A stretch of 64,000 bases of DNA. Origin: Macrostomum lignano. Its lineage: Eukaryota. Both the position numbers and the translations under genes were made by a program. This document shows positions 39,138-51,703 of the stretch, in pieces (within the stretch, counting starts at the first letter, position 1; each line of letters starts with the position of its first letter). The notes under the pieces were generated by a model that had not been told where the DNA came from, did not search any database, and saw only the letters and a list, made by a program, of their open reading frames with translations. The DNA lies in contig NIVC01000001.1 in NCBI GenBank assembly GCA_002269645.1, forward strand, positions 868,001 through 932,000. Reading direction: 5' to 3'.

Positions 39138-42100
39138 CAACAACTACTACAGCAGCCTCAACCAAAGCAGCAACAAAGGCCAACATCGGTCTCTTCATCT
39201 CAATCGTCAAAACAGCAGCTGCAGCTGCAGCAGCATCATCATTCTGTAGAAACACCGGCTGTCGTTTTGGCCAGCGATTCACCATTGGGCTCCTGGGCCA
39301 GCGAGGAGTCCGCGTCAAACAGTGCGTTATTGTTTGACCTTTTATTTTTCTCGTATCTGCCAGCACCTGTCCTGAGGAGTTATTCTGACCTGTGCCAACG
39401 GCCCAGGCTGGATTCCAATTGCAGTCGCATTCATTTGAGGCTAAATTGGAATCTCGGCTTGGCTCTGCTCGTTTAGGGTCGCTGTACACTCCTGTGTGAG
39501 TGTGTGCCTGTGCATATGACTGCGTACGTATCCGCGCGTGGAGTCGGCGGAATGGGCAGTAATGCCTATCGCCGGTTGTTTGACAATGTCGCTTAAAGTG
39601 CACCAAACTTTTAAAACTCTAACTTTAAAGCATAAAACTCCGATCTCAAATCTGTAAACTCCGTTCCCAAATCTGTAAACTCCGATCTCTAATCTGTAAA
39701 CTCCGTTCCCAAATCTGTAAACTCCGATCTCTAATCTGTAAACTCCGATCTCTAATCTGTAAACTCCGGTCCCAAATCTGTAAACTCCGATAGCACCGAA
39801 CGAACTAAATAACAATGCAGCAAACACCCGTTCCATAAAGGCATCGCATCCGCATCCACCGAGTCCAACACCGAGCTCAAGCAGTCCAGCGCAAATTCAT
39901 CTTCCTTGGCTTCATCCTTGGATAGCAACAAGCTGAAGGTAGTGCGCAGGGAGCACCTGCAGCAGTACGCGCAGCAGCAGCCTCTGCCTCAGGCTCAGCA
40001 GCGGGCGTCGATGCGAGGCTCGGGTGCCGAGCACGCCCAGGCCGCCGCATCTGGCGACACCGTTATCCATCAGCATCAACACCGCAATCACAGCCAGCAG
40101 CACCAGCACCAGCAGCAGCTGCAGACATCGCAGCCGGGCAACACCATTCACAAGTCATCATCTTCGGCGGCTGTTGCCGCTGCCACCGCCGCGGCCGCGG
40201 CAGCTGCTGCCGCCGGTGCTGCCAACGGCTCTTCGTCAGACGTGGCGGGAGTTACCTATTATTTTCACCTGAGCCGAAGCGCTACCAGCGCAAATGGACA
40301 GGTGTGTAGAATTCTTTTTTTATGTGCTGCATCTATCCTATTGAATCACCCTGAATCACCCTGAATCACCCTGAATCACATTGAATCACCCTGAATCACA
40401 TCGAATCACCCTGAATCACATTGAATCACTCTGAATCACCCTGAATCACCCTGAATCACATTGAATCACTCTGAATCACCCTGAATCACCCTGAATCACA
40501 TTGAATCACTCTGAATCACCCTGAATCACCCTGAATCACATTGAATCACTCTGAATCACCCTGAATCACATTGAATCACATTGAATCACTCTGAATCACC
40601 CTGAATCACCCTGAATCACATTGAATCACTCTGAATCACCCTGAATCACCCTGAATCACATTGAATCACTCTGAATCACCCTGAATCACCCTGAATCACA
40701 TTGAATCACTCTGAATCACCCTGAATCGCCCTGAATCACATTGAATCACTCTGAATCACCCTGAATCACCCTGAATCACATTGAATCACTCTGAATCACC
40801 CTGAATCACCCTGAATCACATTGAATCACTCTGAATCACCCTGAATCACCCTGAATCACATTGAATCACTCTGAATCACCCTGAATCACATTGAATCACT
40901 CTGAATCACTCTGAATCACTCTGAATCACCCTGAATCACCCTGAAACGCTTAGCATCACACTGAAGCGTTATAAATCACACAGCACAATTTTGACTGGTT
41001 GTGCTACAACGTCACTTAAAATGCGCCAGGGTGCACACTGCCCCTTGCCTCTAATAAAAAATAAAGAAGCCACACTGATCCACACTGATCCACACTGATC
41101 CACACTGATCCACACTGAGCCACACTGATCCACACTGATCCACACTGATCCACACTGATCCACACTGATCCACACTGATCCACACTGAGCCACACTGATC
41201 CACACTGATCCACACTGATCCACACTGAGCCACACTGAGCCACACTGATCCACACTGATCCACACTGAGCCACACTGAGCCACACCCTACCATCCCGAAG
41301 GAGCCGCTAGCCCAGCTGAAGTCCCTCCGCGAGACCGACCGGCCGCTGCAGCAGATCGCGGCCAACCGGTCGGTCAGCATCGCCCTCGGCCGAGTTGTCG
41401 AATCAACTCCGCCGGGTTCGGCCGGCGCTCCCGGCTACCAGCGCAAGGTGGTGATCCAGGGGGCCAACTGGCGCAGTGTCATCAACTCGGTGAACGACCT
41501 GAGCCGGCTGTACCCGGACCTCATGACCCAGGCTACCGGCAGCGGCGGGGGCGCCGGGCAAGCGGAGCAGACGGGTGAGCGGCCAATCCATCATAGTGCA
41601 ATTATTTTTAATTAGTATTTGTCAGTTGACCAAGTAAATTTCTCACGTCACACACTTTACTTTCTACTTTCTTTAGTAGACAAATTCTACTTAATTCTAA
41701 AAATTAATTTCAACTACAATAAAATCTCCTTCCAGACTCGAAGAACTCCTCGCTGCACAAGAGGCACGAGCCGCAGAAGCAGCAGCAGCAGCAGCACCGG
41801 ACGAAGAGTTCAGCGCAGCCGAACGCGTCATCCAGCAAGTCGATGTCGCACAAGTCCAGGGCGTCCGGCAGGCAGCAGTCGCAGCCGCCGCAGCCACAGC
41901 AGCCGCCGCCGCCGCCCCCGCCGCCGCCGATGCCGCCGCCTCCATCCTCGTCATCGTCGAAGGCGAAGCTGGCCCAGAATGTTCGCTTTCAGCTCACAAC
42001 ACCCCAGAGGGAGAGCCTGTTCACCCAGGATGAGCTCGGCAGGCCGAGCCACCCCAGGCTGAAGAACCTGCTGGCGTCGCTGCAGATGGACATGAACTTC

Positions 42101-42223
42101 CTCGAGCGCAGTGTCACCGAGGACAACGTGCCCTCCGTGAAGGTGCGCTTCTTTTTTGAAGCCTTCGACCAGCTGACCGCCCTGTGCAAGGCCATTGACT
42201 ACCAGCTGCCCACTCAGGCCTGA
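38784..42223 (+). CDS. Unknown Q/P/A-rich protein; exons about 38784-39321 (frame uncertain), 39821-40301, 41301-41574, 41736-42223
   Basis: The last three exons are GT-AG, phase-consistent and open. They contain two ordered segments (EPLAQLK...YPDLM and VRFQLTT...IDYQLP) between low-complexity tracts; no family recognised. Confidence 0.65.
39405..39605 (+). mobile_element. SINE family A copy with internal deletions
   Basis: Matches 3430-3690 in pieces. Confidence 0.8.
39640..39792. repeat. 21-bp tandem repeat AAATCTGTAAACTCCG(TTCCC/ATCTC)
   Basis: About 7 units, intronic. Confidence 0.92.
40345..40945. repeat. 10-bp (C/T)TGAATCAC(C/A/T) array with a 40-bp higher-order unit
   Basis: Direct inspection; intronic. 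Confidence 0.97.
41071..41283. repeat. 10-bp CACACTGA(T/G)C array ending just before an acceptor
   Basis: About 21 units. Confidence 0.97.
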
Positions 42224-42799
42224 GTCGTCACTGTTAGCTGAGTTTCATTTTTTAAGTTCTAGTTTTCTATACGCGTGTGCGTGAAATAGGGCTCAGGGCC
42301 AGCTGTGCATTTTGAAAACTATCGCTGTATTGACAGCTAATTTTTTCATGTAGGTGAAACATTAGTTATTCATTTTTAATTTTAATTTTTAACTTTGTAG
42401 TGCCATTTTGTATCCGGTGTGCATTTTTTAGTCAAAAGTGCAACCTTGGTGTTTGCCCCGCGCTTGCTATTGGCGGCATTTGCTGAGTTTTAAAGAGTTG
42501 TTGTTTTGGTTTGAACTTACTTAGCGCAGAGGAAGCGTCTTTTACTTTCGCTAGCAGGAGCCAAAAGCAGACAGGCAAATAACAATCTGCTCAGAAGCCA
42601 GCAGCTTGTTGTGTACGGCATATAGCTTTCACTCACGTAACTAAATACACTATTTACTCTGAAGCAGACTTTTTGTTCCACCGAGGTCAGAATAACTCAA
42701 GCAGATGCCTAGCTTCACGCTTTTTCTTTTACAGGCCTCCATTTTTTGACACAAGTTTTTGTTTTTTGCTTTTGCTGACAGCTATGTTGCATCTGGAGG

Positions 42800-44030
42800 G
42801 GCTAGATTAGCAATCCATTCTATTCCTGCATCCTTGTGGGCTAGTTTAGCAATCCATTCTATGTCTGCATCCTTGTGGGCTAGATTAGCAATCCATTGTA
42901 TTCCTGCATCCTTGTGGGCTAGATTAGCAATCAATTCTATTCCTGCATCCTTGTGGGCTAGATTAGCAATCCATTGTATTCCTGCATCCTTGTGGGCTAG
43001 ATTAGCAATCCATTCTATTCCTGCATCCTTGTGGGCTAGATTAGCAATCCATTGTATTCCTGCATCATTGTGGGCTAGATTAGCAATCCATTCTATTCCT
43101 GCATCCTTGTGGGCTAGATTAGCAATCCATTCTATTCCTGCATCCTTGTGGGCTAGATTAGCAATCCATTGTATTCCTGCATCCTTGTGGGCTAGATTAG
43201 CAATCCATTCTATTCCTGCATCCTTGTGGACTAGATTAGCAAAACATTCTATTCCTGCATCCTTGTGGGCTAGATTAGCAATCCATTCTATTCCTGCATC
43301 CTTGTGGGCTAGATTAGCAATCCATTCTATTCCTGCATCCTTGTGGGCTAGATTAGCAATCCATTGTATTCCTGCATCCTTGTGGGCTAGATTAGCAATC
43401 CATTGTATTCCTGCATCCTTGTGGGCTAGATTAGCAATCCATTCTATTCCTGCATCCTCATTGGCTAGATTAGCAATCCATTCTATTCCTGCATCCTTGT
43501 GGGCTAGATTAGCAATCCATTCTATTCCTGCATCCTCATTGGCTAGATTAGCAATCCATTCTATTCCTGCATCCTTGTGGGCTAGATTAGCAATCCATTG
43601 TATTCCTGCATCCTTGTGGGCTAGATTAGCAATCCATTGTATTCCTGCATCCTTGTGGGCTAGATTAGCAATCCATTCTATTCCTGCATCCTTGTGGACT
43701 AGATTAGCAAAACATTCTATTCCTGCATCCTTGTGGGCTAGATTAGCAATCCATTGTATTCCTGCATCCTTGTGGGCTAGATTAGCAATCCATTCTATTC
43801 CTGCATCCTTGTGGGCTAGATTAGCAATCCATTGTATTCCTGCATCCTTGTGGGCTAGATTAGCAATCCATTGTATTCCTGCATCCTTGTGGGCTAGATT
43901 AGCAATCCATTGTATTCCTGCATCCTTGTGGGCTAGATTAGCAATCCATTCTATTCCTGCATCCTTGTGGGCTAGATTAGCAATCCATTCTATTCCTGCA
44001 TCCTTGTGGGCTAGATTAGCAATCCATTAT
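42800..44030. repeat. 39-bp tandem repeat CTAGATTAGCAATCCATTCTATTCCTGCATCCTTGTGGG between two convergent genes
   Basis: About 31 near-identical units. Confidence 0.98.
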
Positions 44031-44182
44031 CAGTGCAACATCAGCATCCTCTGGCAGGAAGTCATTCAGTGTGAAATGACTGCAGTCACGTGGAACAGAT
44101 ATAGCAGTTAATAACCTGACGGCCCGAGCAACGCCGGGCTAGTATATTTCTTAACGGAATTTAGCACAGTTGCGCCACCATT

Positions 44183-47100
44183 TTAAACGGCTCGCAGGAA
44201 GGCGGCCAGGCCGGCCAGGGTCTCCCTGCCAACGGAGACGATCTGGGCGGGCGGCAGGACAAAGCCGTAGCGCCCGGTGTCGGGCAGCTCCAGGGTGTAG
44301 GCGTAGCGAATTCCGATCGAGATCGCCCAGTCGTCGGAGCCGCCGGCGGCCGGGTCTGACGATGGCGTGAGGCGGGTTTTTTGGAGGCATCAATATTGTG
44401 TCACGTGACGCGATTTTTTGTCCTGAATAGGAACTTTGCGATTTCGTCAATTAGTGGTTTGGTGATTAGCGCGGCGCATCTGAAGGCTGCGTACGGGGGG
44501 TCGCCACACACACCCTCAATTACCCCAGCTAATGCTGGCACCCATTTTACAGCTGGGTGAACTGAAGCAATGCAGAGCTAAGTTCAGTGTCTTGCGCAAG
44601 TGATACAAATTGTAATTCCTAGTGGGTCAAGAATCGAACCCAAACCTTTCAGTAGTGAGTCCGACGCTCTAACCACTAAGCTACTCGAGTAGATGCCACA
44701 GATACTAGAGTAACTAGATGGGCCACTCAGCACATTTGCGCACAAGCTACTTTCAGTTCAGTAGCAAGATAAACTGGAGCATTTTAATGTATTTTTAAAG
44801 CCAAGGCTCATTTATTGTCTCTTTAGTATCTGTGGTTGATGCTAGCTGGATTTCAAACCGACATTTCACTGCCGACAATTTCAACTGCTGACCCTAACCC
44901 TATTCGAATAACTTCTTGGGTCTATTAATAGTGGTCCTTGTCCCTAACCTTAGCCCAATAACACTAATCCTAACTCTTTAGCCCTAAGCCTAAGTTAAAA
45001 TCGGAGGTTCAAATGTTGTGGGCCCCCCCAAATGACTCACAGAGCAGGTCGGCCGAGTGGCCAACCGTATAGCGCCTGCCGTTGACGCTCTGCAGTGCCC
45101 GGGCGCCGGTCTGAGCGGCAGAAAGCTGAAAAATACGGAGCCAGTGAGTAGTACATGCTGCATGTTGAAGCTTGGCTTTACTGCCCTGGGATAATGCTGA
45201 GGATACCGGGCTCAAAAGCTGCTTACCAGCTCCGCAACGTTGTTGGGGTTCACGCCGAACGCATAGCCAAATGGATGAAGCCAGTACTGCCCGTATGAGT
45301 GCACAGACCAGAAGGCCTTGATGGCTGATTTGTTTCGCAGAACGAAGTTCCTGATGGCCTGGGTCTCCGGCTCGGAGAAAGCGGAGACTCCTCTGTACAC
45401 GTCGGAGCACTGGGAGCCGCTGCTACCCGTGCCGCCGAATTTGAACTCGAAGTTGCGGTTCAAATCCACGCCGTAGCAGGCCCTGCCGGGGCGTCGGTTC
45501 TTGCGCCACATACGGTTCTGGATTTGGAGGTTTAATTAATTAATAATTCATCGTAGGAGCGCTGCGGGCAGCCTGGCTCAACGCCCTCTTCCCATTCCGC
45601 TGAATCCTGTGTAGTGCATTCTGCACTTGTTTTTATTTTTCTCCCCTTGTCTGGGTCGGCCACCCCCAGTGACCATGTTCTGTCTGGTTTCGGGGTGGGT
45701 GGTCCAGGCCTTGGCTTTGCGCGCGGCCTGATTGGTTGTGCAGTTGTTTTAACTGTGATGGACGGCTCCTATTGGCTGGGTGAGGCCCCCTCTCTGTCGC
45801 TCACCCTTTCTCTCTGCCCAAGCCGGTTTGGCGGTATATATAAGTCTCTTCGTCCCGAGCTGCCCCAAACGCTCGCCTCATCCCTTTTTCGTGTCTGCCG
45901 GTTCTGTTTTGGTTTTGCTAAATTACCACGAATTAGAACTAGACGGAGAAGTTTCACAGCGATTGTAGCTACAAGCGTACAGTTACTCAGAGAATAGAGC
46001 AAACGACTACAGGGCTATCCAGAGATTAGAGATCAGCTGAAAAATTCAAGGATATATACAGTAGTATAAACATCCTGTTTGAGACTTCTGTCGCACAGAA
46101 TAAGCAAACCTCCCAATTAATTTTTATTTACACTGGTGTGGGTGTACTCGTATCCGTCAGGATTGGCCAGCGGCACAAAGACCAGGTTCCAGGAGTCCAG
46201 CAGGCTGCGGTATTGAGGATCGCTGATCACCTACGAATTGAGTCGGGGTTAGTGGGGATAAGTAAATATGAAAAACTGAAGGATGACAACTTAAAAGGAC
46301 GAGCTTTACCTGGTCCATAATGTACAGCAGGGTGGCCGGGCTGATCCACTCGCGGGCGTGAATGCCGCCGTCCATGAAAATCATCGGGTTGGCGGAGTTG
46401 CTGCCCAGCTGAAAAATAGGAGTTCGATGGGAGTGCCAGGGAGCGTCACGGAGTATCAGGGTGTATCGGGAGCGCAATGAGAGAGTGTCCGGGGGTTGTG
46501 GAGTGTTGTGGAGTGTTTTGGAGGATTCTGGAGTGTTGTTGAGGGTTGTGGAGTGTCATGGAGTGTTGTGGAGGATTCTGGAGTGTTTTTGAGGGTTGTG
46601 GAGTGTCATGGAGTGTTGTGGAGGACTGAGGTGTCAGTGAATGTTGCGTAGGGTTGTGGAGTGTTGTGGAGTGTTTTTGAGGGTTATGGAGTGTTGTGAA
46701 ATGTTTTTGAGGGTTGTGGAGTGTTGTGGAGGGTTTTGGAGTGTCATGGAGTGTTGTGGAGTGTTGTGGAGGACTGAGGTGTCAGTGAATGTTGTGTAGG
46801 GTTGTGGAGTGTTGTGGAGTGTTGTTGAGGGTTATGGAGTGTTGTGGAATGTTGTTGAGGGTTGTGGAGTGTTGTGGAGGGTTTTGGAGTGTCATGGAGT
46901 GTTGTGGAGTGTTGTGGAGGACTGAGGTGTCAGTGAATGTTGTGTAGGGTTGTGGAGTGTTGTGGAGTGTTGTGGAGTGTTGTTGAGGGTTGTGGAGTGC
47001 TGTGGAGGGTTTTGGAGTGTCATGGAGTTTGTTGTGGAGTGTTGTGGAGGATTGCGGTGTAAGGGAGTGCCAGGGAGTGTTGTCTGGGTTTGTGGAATGT

Positions 47101-48573
47101 TATTTAGTGTTTTGGAGTATTTTTAGGGTTGTGGAGAGTCATGGAGTGTCAGGGAGTGTTACTGTGAGTTACGGAATATTAGGTGTGAAGTGAGCATTCA
47201 TCACGCAGTCTCACCTTGTACGCGATGATGTCGCGGTTCTCGATGCTCTTGCCGATGACCTCCTTGGAGCACTGGCTGCCGCACTTGCTGATCAGTGCGT
47301 TGGCGATGGCGTGGAACTGGCAGTAGAAAAGTACGGTAAGTCAGTGGGATAGAGACATCATGTACTTCAGAAGCTGATGACCAGATCACCCGGGCCGCAC
47401 TTACCTCAGCATAGCGGTGGTACTTGCTGTGATCGTCAAAGGCAGCCCGGTTCATGTCGTTTTCCTGGATAAAAAGGCTGAATGAAAAAAATTGTCAATT
47501 AATTTATCTATTGAAACCACTCATTATCATGCTGTCAGTCGGTAATCAGTAATCAGTAAGATAAGTATCCAGTGTACCATGTGCTCGGGGCCTAGCTCCC
47601 AGTGACTTTAAATACTAGCTCCCAGTGACTCTAAAAAGTAGCTCCCAGTGACTCTAAATACTAGCTCCCAGTGACTCTAAATACTAGCTCCCAGTGATTC
47701 TAAATACTAGCTCCTAGTGCTCGATGCTTAGCACCCAGTGGCCCCACAACCAGTGCTCCTCACCGTCCCAGATCGGGATTCGAGACGCGGTACTGGATGC
47801 GTTGCTGCGCGAGCGCCGCCTTGACGTCCTGCAGCTGCTTGCGGGTGACTCGAACCTGCACCGAGCGGCCGGGGGCGCTGGGCCCCGACCAGAAGTCCAG
47901 GAAGTCCGTCTGTGTTTGGAGACATTTTTGTGAGCAAGTTAAAACTTTTAATAATAATATAATAATTGATTGCACCTGCCCTAATGGCCAAATATGCAAC
48001 CGACAGCTCAGCCGCAGCTATTTGCGCGGCGCATCTGGAGGCTGCATACGGCTGTTCAGTCCAAGGACGTGGGGGTTGTCAAACAGACCCTCAATTACCC
48101 CAGCTAATGCAGGCAGCCATTTTACAACTGGGTGAACTGAAGCAATGCAGAGTCTTGCTCAAGGACACAGATTGTTCCGAGTAGATCAGAATCGAACCAA
48201 CGACCTTTCAGTTTTGAGTCCAACGCTCTAACCACGAGGCTACAGTTGTAGCCTTAAAACTCAGTCACGAACGTGTCTTTAGTTCATGGCAGCATTTTTT
48301 GACTGAAGAGTCGCTTGTAAAGTTTTCGCCCACGGGACAGAGTTTTCACAGTGCCTTCAATCTGTTAGGGGTGCTAAGGAGTCGCTGGCTAAACAATTCA
48401 CAGTCACACAGTCAAACCTCTTTGCCTTGCAGTCCGAGCTCGCGCCACTGTTCCAGGATGTCCACCTGTTCCTGGGTGCTGGGCGTCAGAGTCAGCAGCT
48501 GGTCGCCCATGTACTGCAGTGGACTGTAGGCAGCCGCAGCCGCTATGCACAGCAGCAAAACTAATTGTCTCAT
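44183..48573 (-). CDS. Secreted M14A metallocarboxypeptidase, carboxypeptidase B-like (407 aa); exons 48418-48573, 47764-47909, 47405-47477, 47215-47316, 46310-46408, 46132-46230, 45227-45517, 45041-45125, 44183-44355
   Basis: Signal peptide and propeptide, then DGGIHAREWI, NPDGYEY, WRKNR, GVDLNRNF, SVHSY and YTLELPD. GGSDDW places Asp at the S1' position, which indicates B-type specificity. All 8 introns are phase-consistent. Confidence 0.96.
44470..44686 (-). mobile_element. tRNA-derived SINE family D
   Basis: Minus-strand head GTAGCTTAGTGGTTAGAGCGTCGGACTC...GGGTTCGATTC (A/B boxes) and body CACCCAGCTGTAAAATGGGT; second copy at 48022-48243. Confidence 0.85.
44697..44834. mobile_element. MITE family C, internally deleted copy
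   Basis: Both TIR ends are present; flanks GTAGATGC and GTTGATGC (7/8 match) are consistent with an 8-bp TSD. Confidence 0.8.
46495..47060. repeat. GAGTGTTGTG-based degenerate array with longer repeated blocks in a carboxypeptidase intron
   Basis: Direct inspection. Confidence 0.92.
47593..47718. repeat. 23-bp tandem repeat TAGCTCCCAGTGACTCTAAATAC
   Basis: About 5 units, intronic. Confidence 0.92.
48022..48243 (-). mobile_element. tRNA-derived SINE family D, second copy
   Basis: Colinear with 44470-44686. Confidence 0.85.
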
Positions 48574-49044
48574 AGCGCAAAGTAAGGCTTTTTTGTTACT
48601 AGGGTATTATTAGGGAGTTATTTAATTCTCGGCTCATGGTCAGCAGGGGCTGGCGACAATTTATGCAAAACTTGCCGAACGAAATCTCTTATCAAAAAGG
48701 CGGTTTTCCGTCGAACCGACCAACACAAAAAAGCAGTCTGCCAGATGCTGCTTTCCCTGAAAGCACGAGGACGGCATTAACCGGTGACGGTTGCAATTAT
48801 CTTATATATTGAGCTCAATAAATAACTCAACCAACTCAACCAAGCTCAAGGTCCAACTTTATCTGTATGTCGCCCACGCTCCCATGCGTTGCGTTAATGC
48901 TTCGATTTCTGCCAGTATCAGTTGCCGAGTCTTTCTCTCTGCGGAAGCCTGGGGAGTTGCGGTGCAGATCCGGGTGCAGTTTGGGTCGGTTTCATAAGCT
49001 GTATTGATCCAATATACTGGGAATAATGAAGGAACATTATTAGC

Positions 49045-49349
49045 AAGTTAGAGGCCAAAGCACCGCAGTCCAGTCTGGGTGAACCCGACGCCAGCTGCTC
49101 AACTGCTTGGAGAAATAAGCGGACACGGTTTCATTTTTCCATAACAGGTGTCCAATAGGAGGAATGGGATGGCCATCTGCCCGATGTGAACTGCTGGCCA
49201 GCGGCAGATGCTTGAGGTAGGCAGCCTTGCAGTTGAGATCCTGGCACACTATGGGCAGCTGTACATCCTTGCTGATCATCTTCAGCAGCGAAGTGGAGTT
49301 GTTGCTGCAGTAAACTGATACAGACGACGAAAAAAGCTCAGTTCCTGCT
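49045..49349 (-). pseudogene. GT32 glycosyltransferase-like N-terminal fragment
   Basis: IPPIGHLLWKNETVSAYFSKQLSSWRRVHPDWTAVLW resembles the GT32 IP..IH..WK....SW...HPDW...LW motif; no DXD exon found downstream. Confidence 0.55.
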
Positions 49350-49414
49350 CTATTAGAAAAGCAAAACAACCAAAAAATAGTGGACAGGTGAGGCTTGTGA
49401 CAGTTGCTAGTTGC

Positions 49415-49590
<176 letters not shown>

Positions 49591-51043
49591 TCAGCGCCCC
49601 CCCCCGTTGGGGAGCCAAAAAAATGCAGTACAAGTTGTTTTAATAAAGTACATATAGCATCTCTCTGCATTTTACCCCAGCAGTCCCTTGTAAGCCTTGA
49701 CATGCATGTCAGCAATTCCCCCCACAAGCCTTAATATATCAACTCCCTCCCCCTTGACATCTCAGTGATGCCCCGATAAGCCTTGAAATCTTAAAAAATC
49801 TGTCTACTTTCTAACCCTAACCCTAGCCTAACCCTAACCCTAACGATTCCCTCCAAGCCTTGACATCGTAGCAATTCCCAAATGAATCTTTTAACTTTTA
49901 ACTTCGACATGACTTTTCTTTTATGTATACATAGTGCTTCTTTTCTTTTTTACATGACTCTTCTTCTATCTAGCACTGGGCAACCCGCCCTTTTTTACCT
50001 TGCAAAACGCTTTATCCAACAACCACCTGTTTAACTGGCAAAACGACCTTTTTTGTCCAAAACAAAATTAGTTAATACGAAAAAATAGTTCGATAAAACA
50101 AATTCAGTCAAACAAATTACTTCGATGAAACAAACTGACGTATTAAAACAACGAAACATGTTTCTAGCATTTGGCGGGAATTAAATTTTAGCATAAACTA
50201 ATAATTTTCTATCACCCTTACATACATATATGTACTTGAATTAGCTTGGTAGATAGGAAATGTAAGAATTTTATTATGTTTAAAATAAAAATATGATTAA
50301 TTTTGCATTCGCAGTCCATTTGCGCAATATTTGTTTATACTCACAAAATCGCTGCTTTCACGTATGTTTTAAAAATAAAACGGAATGAAGTCGAGCAGTG
50401 CTATGAGAGTATTTAAACAAAAATCAAACCCTTTTCTATGATTTTTACAGCGTTGAAAAAAGTTGATTATTGGGAAAAAAACTGCCTAGTAATCCAAATA
50501 ACAATTTAGCAGATGAAGTTTGTTTAAATTTCAACAGAAATTCTACACGATTTTAATAAGCCATTATTAGCTACATTCATGTAATATTAAAATTATAAAA
50601 AGTGCCCAGGAAAAATATGTCATTACATAAATATTACGCATTCATTTAGCTCAAGTACTGTTTAAACGGAAATGAAATTTAAATATTTCTTTGTCTAGAC
50701 CGTTTCTAGGCGAATGGACAACTGAAGCAAGACGCTAGTATACATTCGGTTTTGTTAGAAATGAGCTGGAGGCCAAAGAACGTATATCTGTTGTATTGCC
50801 ATATAGTGCATTCAGCTTGTATGCTTTAATGAGTTCCCGCTAAATAGGGTTTTGCCATCAAAAAATGGGTCGAGAAAAATCCAGTTCCTCGAGAGTACAT
50901 GAAAGCAATAGCAGTAGGGTAAGTATACGTTCCTTACCAGCATTCAGTTCATCTCTAAGAAACCTGAGTGTATCGTCCTTGAACTTAGTTTTTTATGTTA
51001 GGGCTAGTTCTGTCTCACCTTTAAAAACGTTGATTTCCTCAAT

Positions 51044-51300
51044 CAGGGGTCGGCAAACTCCGGCCCGCGGGTCACATATGAGGCTCTCTAACCGGCCCTC
51101 GAGTCCTTTAAAACTTCACAAAAGCAATCTGGCCTGCTCAAGGTTTGCCCTTCTCGGCTCTCTTTTCATTAATAATCTGTTCTCTTTTCTCTCCTCTCCT
51201 CTGACTTCTCTCCTCTCCCTTCGCTCCTCTCATCTCCTCTCTTCACTCTCCTCTCCTATTTCGTCTTGCGTTGCGCGGTAAAAAAGTTTGCCAACCCCTG
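51044..51300. mobile_element. Small hAT-like MITE
   Basis: TIRs CAGGGGTCGGCAAACT / AGTTTGCCAACCCCTG; no clear TSD. Confidence 0.65.
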
Positions 51301-51703
51301 ACTTAAACTAAAAAAACTGTTTTCTCCCTGAGCACGTCACAAATTGAGTCGAAAAATACCATACATGTATACATGTACCGCATACTTCTGAACTTTATGC
51401 ATAAGTTTTCAGCATACTACAATTAAGGCCGTAGTTTTCTAGAACTAATACATAACAAATATTATACGGTAGTGAATTCATTAAAATAAGAATATACCGA
51501 TTAATCCAACGTTCGTACTGTATACGCATAGACAACTGAAGTAGGGTTAGGGATGGTCATGGGTGTCACCATAGGCACACATGTTACCACTAAGAGCGTC
51601 CTTCTACTTCAGTTGCCCATGACTGTAAAGGTACATATACCATACTTATTAAAAAAAAGTTCGTAGCAAATAAATTATTCAATAAAAGGTTGCAGTGAAT
51701 CTG

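Noticed and set aside
40345-44030. Possible CRISPR arrays among the regular repeats
   Set aside because: Units are head-to-tail with no unique spacers, there are no cas genes, and the context is eukaryotic.
42759-44111. 450-aa ORF of LAIHSIPASLWAR repeats
   Set aside because: A 39-bp unit without a stop in one frame gives this automatically. There is no ATG start, splice context or unique domain, and it lies between two convergent gene ends.
44470-44686. tRNA genes at the SINE heads (also 48022-48243 and 61250-61297)
   Set aside because: They have A/B boxes but no complete cloverleaf and are fused to SINE bodies.
49808-49845. CCCTAA repeats as a true telomere (also 44890-45000)
   Set aside because: Only a few degenerate internal units, which are common inside invertebrate repeats.
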